Positions 1 to 11,183 are shown, numbered from the stretch's first letter. The stretch: DNA of 64,000 nucleotides from an uncultured Bacteroidales bacterium (GCA_905234475.1 CAJOHX010000026.1:1338-65337), one strand, 5' to 3'. Notes: a model not told the origin generated them from the sequence alone. Numbers and translations: made by a program.

Positions 1-404
1 GTGTGGATGTCGGGATCGGCGTAGTCCTCCTGCTTGACCTCATAGCCCCGGGCGAGCTCCTGGGCAAGGCGCTCGGCGTCGCGGTAGAGCTGCTCGGCGT
101 CGGTGCCGCGGTCGTCCTTGAGGGCGGCACGGTCCACGACCACGTTGCGGACCACGGGGGCAGCGTTGATCTGCTGCTGGAGCTTCTGGGCAATGCTCTC
201 CTTGAACTCCGCTTCCTGGCGGAGGCGTTCGACTTCCTGCTCGAGGCGCTCCTTTTCCTCAAGCTTGGAGAAGTCCAGCACGAAGCTGTTTTCCTTGCGG
301 ATGGAATAGTCCAGCCCGGCCAGCAACAAGACAATCACCACCGCGAGGTGTACGATCACGGTGGTGTAGATGCCTGCCTTGTCTTCCTGGGAGAGCCGGC
401 GCAC
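1..404 (-). CDS. Probable TonB-family energy transducer / membrane-anchored protein, 5' part (runs off the window)
   Basis: Not in the ORF track. GTG at 404 just after the udk stop reads MRRLSQEDKAGIYTTVIVHLAVVIVLLLAGLDYSIRKE...; N-terminal TM with VIVHL motif, then a charged coiled coil; lies downstream of the ExbB/ExbD cluster. Confidence 0.6.
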   Translation of the reverse strand, partial: MRRLSQEDKAGIYTTVIVHLAVVIVLLLAGLDYSIRKENSFVLDFSKLEEKERLEQEVERLRQEAEFKESIAQKLQQQINAAPVVRNVVVDRAALKDDRGTDAEQLYRDAERLAQELARGYEVKQEDYADPDIH

Positions 405-408
405 GGGA

Positions 409-1028
409 TCAGTTCTTTTCGCCCAGTGCTTTCTCGACCGTGGCGGTGATGACGTCGATGGCCACCTTGTTGTGTCCGCCCTGCGGGATGATGATGTCGG
501 CGTAGCGCTTGCTCGGCTCGATGAACTGGAGGTACATCGGCTTGACGGTGCGCGAGTAGCGCTCGATCACCCAGTGCACGTCCTTGCCGCGCTCGCTGAT
601 GTCGCGCGCCATGACGCGCATGAGGCGGTCGTCGTCGTCAGCGTCCACGAAGATCTTGACATCCATCTGCTCGCGGAGGGGCTTGCAGGTGAAGATCAGG
701 ATGCCCTCGATGATGATGACCTCGGCCGGCTCCACGGTCACCGTCTCCGTCTTGGAACGGGAGCAGGAGATGTAGGAATAGACCGGCTGCTGGATGGTCT
801 TGCCGCTCTTCAGCTCGCTGAGCTGCTGGCAGAGCAGGTCCCAGTCGATGGCGTCCGGGTGGTCGAAGTTGTTGGCGCGCTTCTCTTCGTCGGAGAGGTC
901 GCTGCAGTCTTTGTAGTAGGCGTCCTGGGGGATGACCACCACGCTCTTGCCTTTGAGGTTCTCGGTGATGGCTTTGACGACCGTGGTTTTTCCTGAGCCG
1001 GAACCGCCGGCGATGCCGATGACTAACA

Positions 1029-1029
<1 letters not shown>
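409..1029 (-). CDS. udk: Uridine kinase
   Basis: Walker A GIAGGSGSGKTT; NFDHPDAID, IIEGIL and FIEPSKRYADIIIP motifs. Confidence 0.95.
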
Positions 1030-2414
<1,385 letters not shown>

Positions 2415-2421
2415 TTTAAAA

Positions 2422-2449
2422 AGCAGCCCTCTTGGACAAGGGGGCTGCT
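2422..2449 (-). terminator. Rho-independent terminator after the exbB/exbD cluster
   Basis: Hairpin AGCAGCCCTCTTG-GA-CAAGGGGGCTGCT followed by a T-run on the minus strand. Confidence 0.7.
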
Positions 2450-2470
2450 CGTAATCAATACTGCTTCAGT

Positions 2471-2922
2471 TTACTTAGCAGGTTTTCTTGCTGAGTACAT
2501 GATCTTCAGCGCGGAGCAGCGGCGCAGCTCCTGCTTCACATCAGTAACGATACCCATTCTGACATCCTGGTCAGCCCGGATAGACACGGTCATGAGCTGG
2601 CGGTCGGCCTCGCTCAAGGCGTCACGCTCCGCGGCGATGAAGTCGCGGATGTCGTCCGTGGTGCGGAAGGAATCGTTCAACTGGATACGGGCATCGGTAC
2701 CGGCAGGGTCGGGGAACCGATGTTGATGTAGGAGTTGAGGTCCTTGCGCTCCAGCTTGACGACTTCGGAAGCCTCAGGCGTGGTGACTTTGACCTTGTTC
2801 TCGGTCTCGCGCATCTGCGTGGTGACCATGAAGAAGAACAGGAGCATGAACACGATATCGGACAGCGAGCTCGAGGTGATCCCGGGCATTTCTTTCTTAC
2901 CGCCTTTCTTAAATCTTGACAT
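2471..2922 (-). pseudogene. exbD: Biopolymer transport ExbD, frameshifted near 2702 as assembled
   Basis: Frame 1: MSRFKK...SLSDIVFMLLFFFMVTT...IGSPTLP. A second frame continues GTDARIQLNDS...SIRADQDVRMGIVTDVKQELRR. Confidence 0.85.
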
Positions 2923-2939
2923 AGTTGTATCCTCCTGTT

Positions 2940-3524
2940 TTATCTTCTCTTGCCGACGTCCTTAGGCTCTGCCTCGGAGATGTTCTGCGGGATACAGTCA
3001 CGGACGACCTTCTGCTGGTCCTCGTTGAGGGCGTTGTACTTCCGGCCGAATTCGCGCATCGAGAAGTCGTCACGAAGTTCGTTGACGGCCTTGACGAGCT
3101 CGTTCTGCACGGCTATGTACGCCTGGTAACTCGTACCACGGTCGTTCTGCAGGGAGATGACACCCTTGGAGACAGGGTAGGTGCCCTTGCTGTATCCTTC
3201 GATCGTCTGAACTTCCTTCTCGGGGAGGTTCGGATCGTTGGTCGGGTTGCTAAGGAAGTCTTTGATCTTGTCTTTGAGCTGAGAGACATCAATGGCGTCG
3301 GTACCGGCAAGAATCCTATCGGCGGAGTTGATCTTCACCACGATGATGTTGCGGCGGTTGACCTTCTGGTCCTGGGCCTTCTGATTGGGATCAGGCATCG
3401 GGGGGAGACGACGGGAAAGTCCGAAGTGCGAACCCATTGTCGTGGTCATGAGGAAGTAGCACAACAACAGGAAGGCGATATCGGCCGTAGAACTCGAATT
3501 AATTGCTGGTGTTTTCTTTGCCAT
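2940..3524 (-). CDS. exbD: Biopolymer transport ExbD/TolR
   Basis: INSSSTADIAFLLLCYFLMTTTM TM motif and ISLQNDRGTSY periplasmic motif. Confidence 0.9.
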   Translation of the reverse strand: MAKKTPAINSSSTADIAFLLLCYFLMTTTMGSHFGLSRRLPPMPDPNQKAQDQKVNRRNIIVVKINSADRILAGTDAIDVSQLKDKIKDFLSNPTNDPNLPEKEVQTIEGYSKGTYPVSKGVISLQNDRGTSYQAYIAVQNELVKAVNELRDDFSMREFGRKYNALNEDQQKVVRDCIPQNISEAEPKDVGKRR

Positions 3525-3526
3525 GA

Positions 3527-3964
3527 TTATTTCCTATTAGTGATGGCCAGTTTGATCTCACCGATGATGATGGCGAGGATAGCGCCGACACCGGCAATAA
3601 GGGTGAGGTTCAGAATGGTATCAGTCAGTTTGAGCATTCCGTCAGATACGGGCTTGCCCGTATAACCGACGGCGGGGTCACCCTTCGCGAGGAGATAGGC
3701 GATGAAGCAGACCACAGCCACGCCGACCAGCACGATGGCCATCCGGATGATGGACTTCGGGTCGTTCTTGATGCTGATGATGAGCCCCACAACTATCCAG
3801 GCGACGAGGGCGAGTGCGAGCATGATGCCTGCCCAGCTGAGCAGCACGTCAACAGGCTTCGCACCGTTGGACTCGAAGCCTACTGCGAAGCCCCAGACCA
3901 GGAGTGCGACGCTGACGAGGATCAGCACCACAAGACCCCATTTGAATATTTTGTTGAGTTTCAT
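3527..3964 (-). CDS. Four-TM membrane protein of the Bacteroidales ExbB/ExbD cluster
   Basis: Four hydrophobic segments; lies between exbB and exbD. Confidence 0.8.
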   Translation of the reverse strand: MKLNKIFKWGLVVLILVSVALLVWGFAVGFESNGAKPVDVLLSWAGIMLALALVAWIVVGLIISIKNDPKSIIRMAIVLVGVAVVCFIAYLLAKGDPAVGYTGKPVSDGMLKLTDTILNLTLIAGVGAILAIIIGEIKLAITNRK

Positions 3965-3994
3965 TATTATTCAGTCGTTTATACGGATTTGGAC

Positions 3995-4736
3995 TTATTT
4001 CTTCTCGCCGTATTTGGTCAGCACGTCGATCAGGCTGATGGAAGAATCCTCCATGTCGATGGTGATGGACTCGATCTTCGCAAGGATGTAGTTGTAGAAC
4101 ACCTGGAGGATCATAGCGACGATAAGACCGCCGACCGTAGTGATAAGGGCGACCTTCATACCACCTGCAACGACGTTCGGGGAGATATCACCGGCAGCCT
4201 GGATGGCATCGAAGGCGTTGATCATACCGATAACCGTACCGAGGAATCCGAGGGACGGGGCGATGGCGATGAACAGGGATCAAGCCGCTCTCCAGCTGGC
4301 TCTGCTGCACGCTGCCGTAGGAGACGATCGTCTTCTCGACCACATCCAGACCCTGGTCGTAGCGAAGCAGACCCTGGTAGAAGATGCTGGCGACCGGGCC
4401 GCGGGTATTGCGGCAAACCTCCTTCGCTTTCTCGATGCCGCCTTCCTTGAGGGCGTCCTCAACCTTCGCGACCAGCTTCTTGGTGTTGATCTTGGAGAAG
4501 GAGAGATAGAGGATGCGCTCGATGGCGAGGGCAAGACCGATGATCAAGCAGATGATGATCAGGGACATGAACGCCGGACCACCTTCGATGAACTTGGTCT
4601 TGAGAGCCTGGTTGAGAGGAACTTCGCCGCTGCCGCTGAGGAGGTCAGCCGCGCTCATCTCGTCCTGGGCGAATGCGGAGACTGCAGAGAAGGCCATAGT
4701 GCCGACACCTGCCAAAAACATGAAAACTTTTTTCAT
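3995..4736 (-). pseudogene. exbB: MotA/TolQ/ExbB proton channel, frameshifted near 4280 as assembled
   Basis: Frame 1: FIEGGPAFM...LAIERI...QLESGL. A second frame continues SLFIAIAPSLGFLGTVIGMINAFDAI...ALITTVGGLIVA. Confidence 0.88.
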
Positions 4737-4831
4737 AACGAATTTAATAATGTATTAGTTGTGATATATCTATGCGTTTCAATCAATCTAAAAGCAGCGC
4801 AATTTAGCAAAAAAAATCCATTTATCAATAT

Positions 4832-5890
4832 TTATTTTGAGATTTCTCCTTTCAGATTCTTTTCCAGGAGGGTTTTTACCTGCGCATTGTCTTCATGCCG
4901 GCCCATCAGGTAGAAGAGTTTGCCGAGGGCGGCCTCCGTCGTGATGTCGTGGCCGCAGATGACGCCCGCGTCCTTGAGGGCGCGCCCGGTGGCGTAGATG
5001 TCCATGTCCACGTCGCCGCTCTGGCACTGCGTGACGTTGAGCAGGATCTTGCTCCGGCAGGCGTCGCGCACGATGGCGAGGAACCACGGGCGGCAGGGGG
5101 CGTTGCCCGAGCCGTAGGTCTCGAGGATGACGGCGCGGGAGCCGCCGCCCAGCAGGATGTCCCGCACGGCCTGCTCCGTGATGCCGGGATGCAGCTTGAG
5201 CACGGACACGCGGGTGTCCAGCATGGTGTGGATCGTGAACTCCTTGCGGCGGTCGTAGCCGTAGTGGATGAAGCTGTTGTTGTATTTGATGCTGATTCCC
5301 GCGGTCGCGAGCGGGGGGTAGTTCGGCGACTTGAAGGCGTCGAAGCCGGTGGCGTTGACCTTGACGCTGCGGTTGCCGCGCAGCAGCTGGGAGTTGAAGC
5401 AGATGCACACCTCCGGCACCATCGGGTGCCCGTGGGAATCCTTCGCCGTGGCGATCTCCACGGCGGAAATGAGGTTCTCCTTGCCGTCCGTGCGGGGGCT
5501 GCCGATCGGCAGCTGGCTGCCGGTGAAAATGACGGGCTTGCCGAGGTTCTCCAGCATGAAACTCAGCGCGGAGGCGCTGTAGGCCATGGTGTCCGTGCCG
5601 TGCAGGATCACGAAGCCGTCGTAGTCGTCGTAGCGCTCCCGGATCAGCTTGGCGAGGGCCTGCCACAGGGTGGGCTCCACGTCGGAGGAGTCGATGAGCG
5701 GGTTGAAGGCGAAGGAGTCGATCTTCAGGGCGAACTTGCGCAGCTCCGGCACCTCCTCGAGGATGCCGTTGAAGTCGAAGGGCTTGAGGGTCCCGTCTTC
5801 CGGGTCCTCCTTCATGCCGATCGTGCCTCCGGTGTAGATCAGGAGCACGGCGTTGCAGCTGCCTTTTTCCGAGAAAAAGTTGAATTTCAT
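4832..5890 (-). CDS. ansA: Type I L-asparaginase
   Basis: YTGGTIGM, HGTDTMAY, TGSQLP and GNRSVK motifs. Confidence 0.93.
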   Translation of the reverse strand: MKFNFFSEKGSCNAVLLIYTGGTIGMKEDPEDGTLKPFDFNGILEEVPELRKFALKIDSFAFNPLIDSSDVEPTLWQALAKLIRERYDDYDGFVILHGTDTMAYSASALSFMLENLGKPVIFTGSQLPIGSPRTDGKENLISAVEIATAKDSHGHPMVPEVCICFNSQLLRGNRSVKVNATGFDAFKSPNYPPLATAGISIKYNNSFIHYGYDRRKEFTIHTMLDTRVSVLKLHPGITEQAVRDILLGGGSRAVILETYGSGNAPCRPWFLAIVRDACRSKILLNVTQCQSGDVDMDIYATGRALKDAGVICGHDITTEAALGKLFYLMGRHEDNAQVKTLLEKNLKGEISK

Positions 5891-6654
5891 AGGGCGAACA
5901 GTCTTTTGGCGTTTTGGGTGGTAACGGCCGCAACTTCCTCGACGTCAATACCTTTCTGGCGGGCGAGGAAGTCGGCGATGAGGGGAATATAGGCGCTCTC
6001 GTTGCGCTCGCCCCGGTGCGGGACCGGGGTCAGGTAGGGAGCGTCGGTCTCCAGCAGGATGCGCTCCAGGGGGATGGACTTGACGGCCTCGGCGATGCCG
6101 GCCTTCTTGAACGTGACCACGCCGCCGATGCCGACATACCAGTCGCCCAGCGGGCGCAGGCGCGCAAAGGTCTCCGCGCTGCCGCTGAAGGCGTGCAGGT
6201 TGCCGCGCAGGTGGAGGTGGCGGCAGTCCGACAGGATGGCGAAGAAGTCCTCTGTGGCCTCCCGGAGGTGGATGTTGACCGGCAGGTCCCAGGCGGCGGC
6301 GAGCTCCAGCTGGACGCGGAACGCCTCCTTCTGCTCCTCTTTCCATTCCGCCCCGTAGTGGTAGTCCAGGCCGATCTCGCCGACGGCCACGATGCCGCGG
6401 CCGCGCCAGCGCTCCAGCTCGTCGATTTCGGCCCGCCAGCCCTCCCGCACGGACCCGGGATAGAGCCCGAGCATGGGGCGCAGCACGCCGGGATGGCGCT
6501 CCACGAGCGCAAACATGCGGGCGCGTTCGCGCGAATCCACGTCGGCCTGCAGCTGGATGGACACACCCGCGTCCAGCGCGCGGGCGATGATCTCGTCCTC
6601 GCATCCGGCGAAGGCTTCGTCGTAGGTGTGGGTATGTGTGTCGACAAACTCCAT
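5887..6654 (-). CDS. tatD: TatD family hydrolase
   Basis: DTHTH, VGEIGLDY and LLETDAPYL motifs. Confidence 0.9.
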   Translation of the reverse strand: MEFVDTHTHTYDEAFAGCEDEIIARALDAGVSIQLQADVDSRERARMFALVERHPGVLRPMLGLYPGSVREGWRAEIDELERWRGRGIVAVGEIGLDYHYGAEWKEEQKEAFRVQLELAAAWDLPVNIHLREATEDFFAILSDCRHLHLRGNLHAFSGSAETFARLRPLGDWYVGIGGVVTFKKAGIAEAVKSIPLERILLETDAPYLTPVPHRGERNESAYIPLIADFLARQKGIDVEEVAAVTTQNAKRLFAL

Positions 6655-6669
6655 CACAAACACACAAAT

Positions 6670-7839
6670 TTAAGCATTTTTTATATTTATGGTGCACCTT
6701 TGGAGCAGATCCACGCAGATGAATCCCTCCTCTTCCAGCAGGCCGGCGTCGCTGGCCACGGTGGCGTAGTCCAGGCCGGTCGCGCCGCACAGTTCGTCGT
6801 AGCTGATGCCGCGGCAGGCGCGGATGCGCAGGGCAAGGTCCGCGAGCCGGTCCACGTCCGCCGCCGGCAGGGCGGGGGCGAAGCGGCGGCGCACGGCTTC
6901 GGCCAGGTCGGCCGTCCGGTTTCGCCGTAGGCGTCCCAGGCCCAGCGCGACGGGCAGGGCCTCCGGCGAGGCCACAGGGGCGGCGACCTGCTCCCTGAGG
7001 AGTTGGTTGCAGCCCTGCGAGCGCACGTCGTCGATACGTCCCGGCACGGCGAAGACGTCCCGCCCGTAGCCGGCGGCCAGCCGGGCGGTGATCATCCCGC
7101 CGCCCTTGATGCGGGACTCCACGAGGACGGTAGCCCCGGCCAGGCCGGCGATGATGCGGTTGCGCCGCAGGAAATTGAAGGCCGCCGGGACCGTGCCGGG
7201 CGGGTAGTCCGTGACCAGGGCGCAGCCCGCTGTGGCGCACATCCGCTCCACGAAGGGGGCATGCCGCCGGGGATATACGTCCTCCACCCCCACCGGGCTC
7301 ACGCCGACGGTGGGCAGGCCGCCTTCCAGCGCAGCGGTATGGGCGGTGATGTCCACCCCGAGCGCGAGGCCGCTGACCACGAGCGGCCGGGCGGGCGCTT
7401 CGGCCATAGCGCGGACGATGCGCTGGCAGCATTCGCGGCCGTAGTAGCTCTGGTCGCGCGTGCCGACCACGGCCACGGCGGGACGCTGCCCGAACAGCTC
7501 CGCCGCCGGGGTGCTGCTGCGCACATACAGGAGCAGCGGTGCGTCGGGACACTCCCGCAGGGCCTCCGGATAGGCGGGATGGAAGATGTCGAGAAACTGG
7601 AACCCGCGCGCGGAAAGCCGCTCGAACTCGGCCTGCGCGGCGTCGAGCGCCGCCGGTCCGATCTGCGCGGCGGCGTGGTTGTAGGGTCCGAACAGCTCCA
7701 GGCGTTCGCGTTCGGACAGGGAGAACACGGCCTCGGCCGAGCCGAGCGCGTCAAGGAGATGGTGGGAGAATTTGGGGTCGTTGCCGAAGATGGCGTTGAG
7801 CGCGATGGCGCTGATCAGGGGTGCAGTGTCTTTGTCCAT
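6670..7839 (-). CDS. dprA: DNA-processing protein DprA/Smf
   Basis: AVVGTR, VVSGLALGVD, RRNRIIAGL and FAVPGRI motifs. Confidence 0.93.
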   Translation of the reverse strand: MDKDTAPLISAIALNAIFGNDPKFSHHLLDALGSAEAVFSLSERERLELFGPYNHAAAQIGPAALDAAQAEFERLSARGFQFLDIFHPAYPEALRECPDAPLLLYVRSSTPAAELFGQRPAVAVVGTRDQSYYGRECCQRIVRAMAEAPARPLVVSGLALGVDITAHTAALEGGLPTVGVSPVGVEDVYPRRHAPFVERMCATAGCALVTDYPPGTVPAAFNFLRRNRIIAGLAGATVLVESRIKGGGMITARLAAGYGRDVFAVPGRIDDVRSQGCNQLLREQVAAPVASPEALPVALGLGRLRRNRTADLAEAVRRRFAPALPAADVDRLADLALRIRACRGISYDELCGATGLDYATVASDAGLLEEEGFICVDLLQRCTINIKNA

Positions 7840-7872
7840 TTTCCATAATTTCAGGTCCGGGACAAAAATAAA

Positions 7873-7903
7873 ACAATCCGGCTGAAATACCCAGCCGGAT
7901 TGT
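7873..7903 (-). terminator. Terminator after queA
   Basis: 12-bp perfect stem ACAATCCGGCTG/CAGCCGGATTGT followed by a T-rich run on the minus strand. Confidence 0.7.
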
Positions 7904-7930
7904 ATAACACTTTTGTATAACAGTTTTGGC

Positions 7931-9001
7931 TTAGACGATCAGCATCGCGTCGCCGTAGGGGCCGAAGCGGTAGCCGTTGTCCAGCGCGCTCTGGTAGGCG
8001 TTCATGACCTTCTCGTAGCCGCCGAAGGCCGCCACGGACATTAGCATCGTGGACTCCGGAAGATGGAAGTTGGACACGATGGCGTCGGGGACGGAGAACT
8101 CGTAGGGCGGGAAGATGAACTTGTTGGTCCAGGTGTCGTTGGCGCGGACCTCGTGGTCCGTGGTCACGTAGGTCTCCAGGGCCCGGATCACGGTCACGCC
8201 GACGGCGCAGATCTTGTGGCCGGAGCGCTTGGTGCCGTTGATCTCCTCGGCCGCCTGCGGGCTGATGATGATGCGCTCGCCGTCCATCCGGTGCTTGGAG
8301 AGGTCCTCCACGTCGACGGTGCGGAAATGCCCGATGCCCATGTGGACGGTGATGAACGTCTTCTCGATATCCTTGAGAATCATGCGGTTGAGAAGCTCGC
8401 GGCTGAAATGCAGGCCGGCTGCCGGGGCGGACACGGCGCCTTCGTGCGTGGCGAAGATGGTCTGAAACTCCTCGGCGTCGCGCTCGGTCGGGGTCTGCTT
8501 GACCCACTCCGGCACGGGCGTCTGCCCGAGGGCGAACAGGGCCGCCTTGAACTCGTCGTACGGTCCGTCGTACAGGAAGCGAAGGGTGCGGCCGCGGGAA
8601 GTGGTGTTGTCGATCACCTCCGCCACCATGCTCTCGTCTTCGCCGAAATAGAGCTTGTTGCCGATGCGGATCTTGCGGGCCGGGTCCACGATGACGTCCC
8701 ACAGGCGCTGCTCCTTGTTGAGCTCGCGCAGCAGGAAAACCATGATGTCGGCGCCGGTCTTCTCCTTCTTGCCGTAGAGCTTGGCCGGGAAGACCTTGGT
8801 GTCGTTGAGCACGAACCGGTCGCCCTTGCCGAAATAGTCGATGATGTCCTTGAACTGACGGTGCTCAATCTCGCCCGTGTCCTTGTGGAGGACCATCAGT
8901 TTGCACTCGTCGCGCCACTGCACGTGCCCGTTAACTTCGGGCATCAGTTCCGTGGCGATTTTCTCCTGGGGGAGTTCGAAATCGAATTGGGAAAGTTTCA
9001 T
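7931..9001 (-). CDS. queA: S-adenosylmethionine:tRNA ribosyltransferase-isomerase
   Basis: FDFELP, LNDTKVFPAKL, SAPAAGLHF, NFHLPESTML and YRFGPYGDAMLI motifs. Confidence 0.95.
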   Translation of the reverse strand: MKLSQFDFELPQEKIATELMPEVNGHVQWRDECKLMVLHKDTGEIEHRQFKDIIDYFGKGDRFVLNDTKVFPAKLYGKKEKTGADIMVFLLRELNKEQRLWDVIVDPARKIRIGNKLYFGEDESMVAEVIDNTTSRGRTLRFLYDGPYDEFKAALFALGQTPVPEWVKQTPTERDAEEFQTIFATHEGAVSAPAAGLHFSRELLNRMILKDIEKTFITVHMGIGHFRTVDVEDLSKHRMDGERIIISPQAAEEINGTKRSGHKICAVGVTVIRALETYVTTDHEVRANDTWTNKFIFPPYEFSVPDAIVSNFHLPESTMLMSVAAFGGYEKVMNAYQSALDNGYRFGPYGDAMLIV

Positions 9002-9066
9002 GCGTTCCGTAGTGACAAAGTATTTCTTATACGGAACATAAGGGCAAAAAGTTTCACCCGCGAAAC

Positions 9067-9903
9067 TTATTTTTTCTTCGCCTGGGCCTTCTTGCGCTCG
9101 ATGGTCTGGAGATTGGTCCTGGCGGCGTAGTCGTCAGGGTCGAGCTTGAGCGCCTTCCGGTAGTACTTGGCGGCCTGCTGGTCGTTGTGCTTGACCGCCT
9201 GCTGGTAGGATCCGAGGTTGTCGATGAAGGCGGGATTCTTCGGGAAATGCTTGCTCATCCGGTCGGACACCTCGCGGAAATACTCGTAGCTGGCGGGGCT
9301 GCCGATGCGGAAGAATTCGGCGCAGAGCTCGCCGACGCCCTGCTGGAAGATCTCGTCGTCCGCGGGTTCCCCGTCGATCGTCCAGTCCTTGCGGGAGGCG
9401 GCATGGCGCTTGACGAGCTCGATGAGCGCGGCGGCGGCCATGTCCGGGTATTCCTTCTCGTAGGCGGTCAGCGCCGAGATCCGCAGGAAGATGAAGCGCA
9501 ACTCATTGGGATGGAGGGAGATCTGCCGGTCGAGGACCCGCATCGCCTCGGCGAAGTCGTCCTCGTCGTAGAAGTCCTCCTGGAAGAAGTTGACGTCCTG
9601 CCCGTCGGCGTCCTTGAGGGTAAACGTGGGGGCATTGCCCAGGTAGCGGCGCTGCGTGCCCTTGGACACCATTTCCGTGCTCTGCGAGCGCTGGAAATAG
9701 TAGCTGAAACGCGCCACGGCCGCGGCCGGGTCGTCCGGGAAGGCCTCTTCCCAACGGTCGATCAGGGTCTCCACGCCGACGCCGGAGGCGCCGACGCTAC
9801 GCACCAGGCGCTCGTACCGGGCCTGGAACTCTTCAGGGCTGTTCTGCGCCGCAGCGGCGCTGCAAAGGGCGATCGCGGCGATCGCAAGGATCCATTTTCT
9901 CAT
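9067..9903 (-). CDS. Exported TPR-containing protein
   Basis: Start MRKWILAIAA (signal peptide) with ATGA overlap on the rsmF stop; C-terminal TPR AAKYYRKALKLDPDD. Confidence 0.75.
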   Translation of the reverse strand: MRKWILAIAAIALCSAAAAQNSPEEFQARYERLVRSVGASGVGVETLIDRWEEAFPDDPAAAVARFSYYFQRSQSTEMVSKGTQRRYLGNAPTFTLKDADGQDVNFFQEDFYDEDDFAEAMRVLDRQISLHPNELRFIFLRISALTAYEKEYPDMAAAALIELVKRHAASRKDWTIDGEPADDEIFQQGVGELCAEFFRIGSPASYEYFREVSDRMSKHFPKNPAFIDNLGSYQQAVKHNDQQAAKYYRKALKLDPDDYAARTNLQTIERKKAQAKKK

Positions 9904-11183
9904 ACGTTCATCAATATCCGGCGGCCCTTCGGGAGGAGGTTGTTGCATCGGGAACCGATGTTCTTGACGAATCCCAACGGGTGGCCGAGGTAGGTGACCA
10001 CATTGTAGCCGGGCGCGGCCTGCGGCAGCACGAGCGCATCCCGGTGGAGGAAGCGCAGGGCCGTCTGCCGGTCCACATCCACACACCGGTACGCATTCCT
10101 ATCAAATTTTATGCTCAACGCGTAGTCCGCGTCGGGGACGAAGTCCTTTCCAACCTGCGTGCCTTCGCGCAGGCCGCTGCGCAGCGGGTGCAGCGCCTCC
10201 AGGCCGGCCTTTTTCGCGACGGCTTGCGGGGCGGTTTTGCGGAGCACGCCGGCCCACTGCCCCTCGCCCGGCACGACGCCTGCTTCCAGCAGGTGCCCGT
10301 GGGGCGTGCGGCGCACGCCGGCGTCCTCGAATTCCGCCGCCGGCGGCAGGATCTCCCCGCCCAGTTCGGCCGCGGCCCACGCGAGGTTGTCGTCGTTCTC
10401 GGCGGCCTCGTAGGTGCAGGTGCTGTAGAGCAGGAAGCCGCCTTCGCGCAGCGCCGGCCACACATCCGCCAGGATGCGGCGCTGCCGGGCCGCGCAGAGC
10501 TCCACTACGGCGGGGCTCCATTCCTCGCGGGCGCGAGGGTCCTTGCGGAACATCCCCTCGCCGCTGCACGGCACGTCCGCCACGATCACGTCGAACCAGC
10601 CCGCCATGCGGGCAAAGGCCGCCGGATCCACGCTCGTCACGACCACATTCGGGTCGCCCCAGCGCGCCACATTGTCGTCCAGCACCCCCACGCGCGCCTT
10701 CATCACCTCGTTCGCCACCAGCACGAACCCGTCCCCGCACGCCTCCCGCAGCGTCGCCGCCAGATCCGTCGTCTTCCCTCCCGGTGCCGCGCACAGATCC
10801 AAGACCCGGACAACCGACGGCCCCTCGCTGCGCGGCGACCTGCCTCTGAAAACGTCCGGCTGCGCCGGACCCCTCCCATCTGACGATGGGCCCCTCCCTC
10901 TTACGATGCCGAGGGTGGCACGGTTTTCTGAGGCAGTCGCCGCCTCCGCTTCGGGGTCGTCGGGCTCGGCCGCGGAAAGGATTTTGCGGAAGAGGTGACC
11001 GACGTACATGGCGGAAGAGTCCTGGACATAGTAGCAGCCGGCGTGGAAGAGGGGATCGAGCGTGAAGACGGGACGCTCGGAGAGGATGCGGCCATAGGGC
11101 GACCAGGGGACAGGCGTCCCCTCGGGGCCGACCAGACCCTTGAACGGATTCAGACGGATCGCGACCGACGCCTCCTCCATCAC
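9900..11183 (-). CDS. rsmF: rRNA cytosine-C5 methyltransferase RsmF/NOL1, carrying an ~50-aa insertion
   Basis: YYVQDSSAM, VLDLCAAPGGKT, DVPCSGEGMFRK and YSTCT motifs, plus a C-terminal PUA-like region. Confidence 0.9.
   Translation of the reverse strand: MMEEASVAIRLNPFKGLVGPEGTPVPWSPYGRILSERPVFTLDPLFHAGCYYVQDSSAMYVGHLFRKILSAAEPDDPEAEAATASENRATLGIVRGRGPSSDGRGPAQPDVFRGRSPRSEGPSVVRVLDLCAAPGGKTTDLAATLREACGDGFVLVANEVMKARVGVLDDNVARWGDPNVVVTSVDPAAFARMAGWFDVIVADVPCSGEGMFRKDPRAREEWSPAVVELCAARQRRILADVWPALREGGFLLYSTCTYEAAENDDNLAWAAAELGGEILPPAAEFEDAGVRRTPHGHLLEAGVVPGEGQWAGVLRKTAPQAVAKKAGLEALHPLRSGLREGTQVGKDFVPDADYALSIKFDRNAYRCVDVDRQTALRFLHRDALVLPQAAPGYNVVTYLGHPLGFVKNIGSRCNNLLPKGRRILMNV
10814..10963. 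repeat. 150-bp multi-hairpin palindromic element inserted in frame in rsmF
   Basis: Imperfect terminal inverted repeats (CCGACGGCCCC/GGGGTCGTCGG and GCGGCGACCTGCCTC/GAGGCAGTCGCCGC) enclose three internal hairpins. Confidence 0.75.

Noticed and set aside
10814-10963. Cloverleaf as a tRNA or tmRNA
   Set aside because: It is too long for a tRNA, has no T-loop GTTCRA, D-loop or CCA end, and lies within a CDS.
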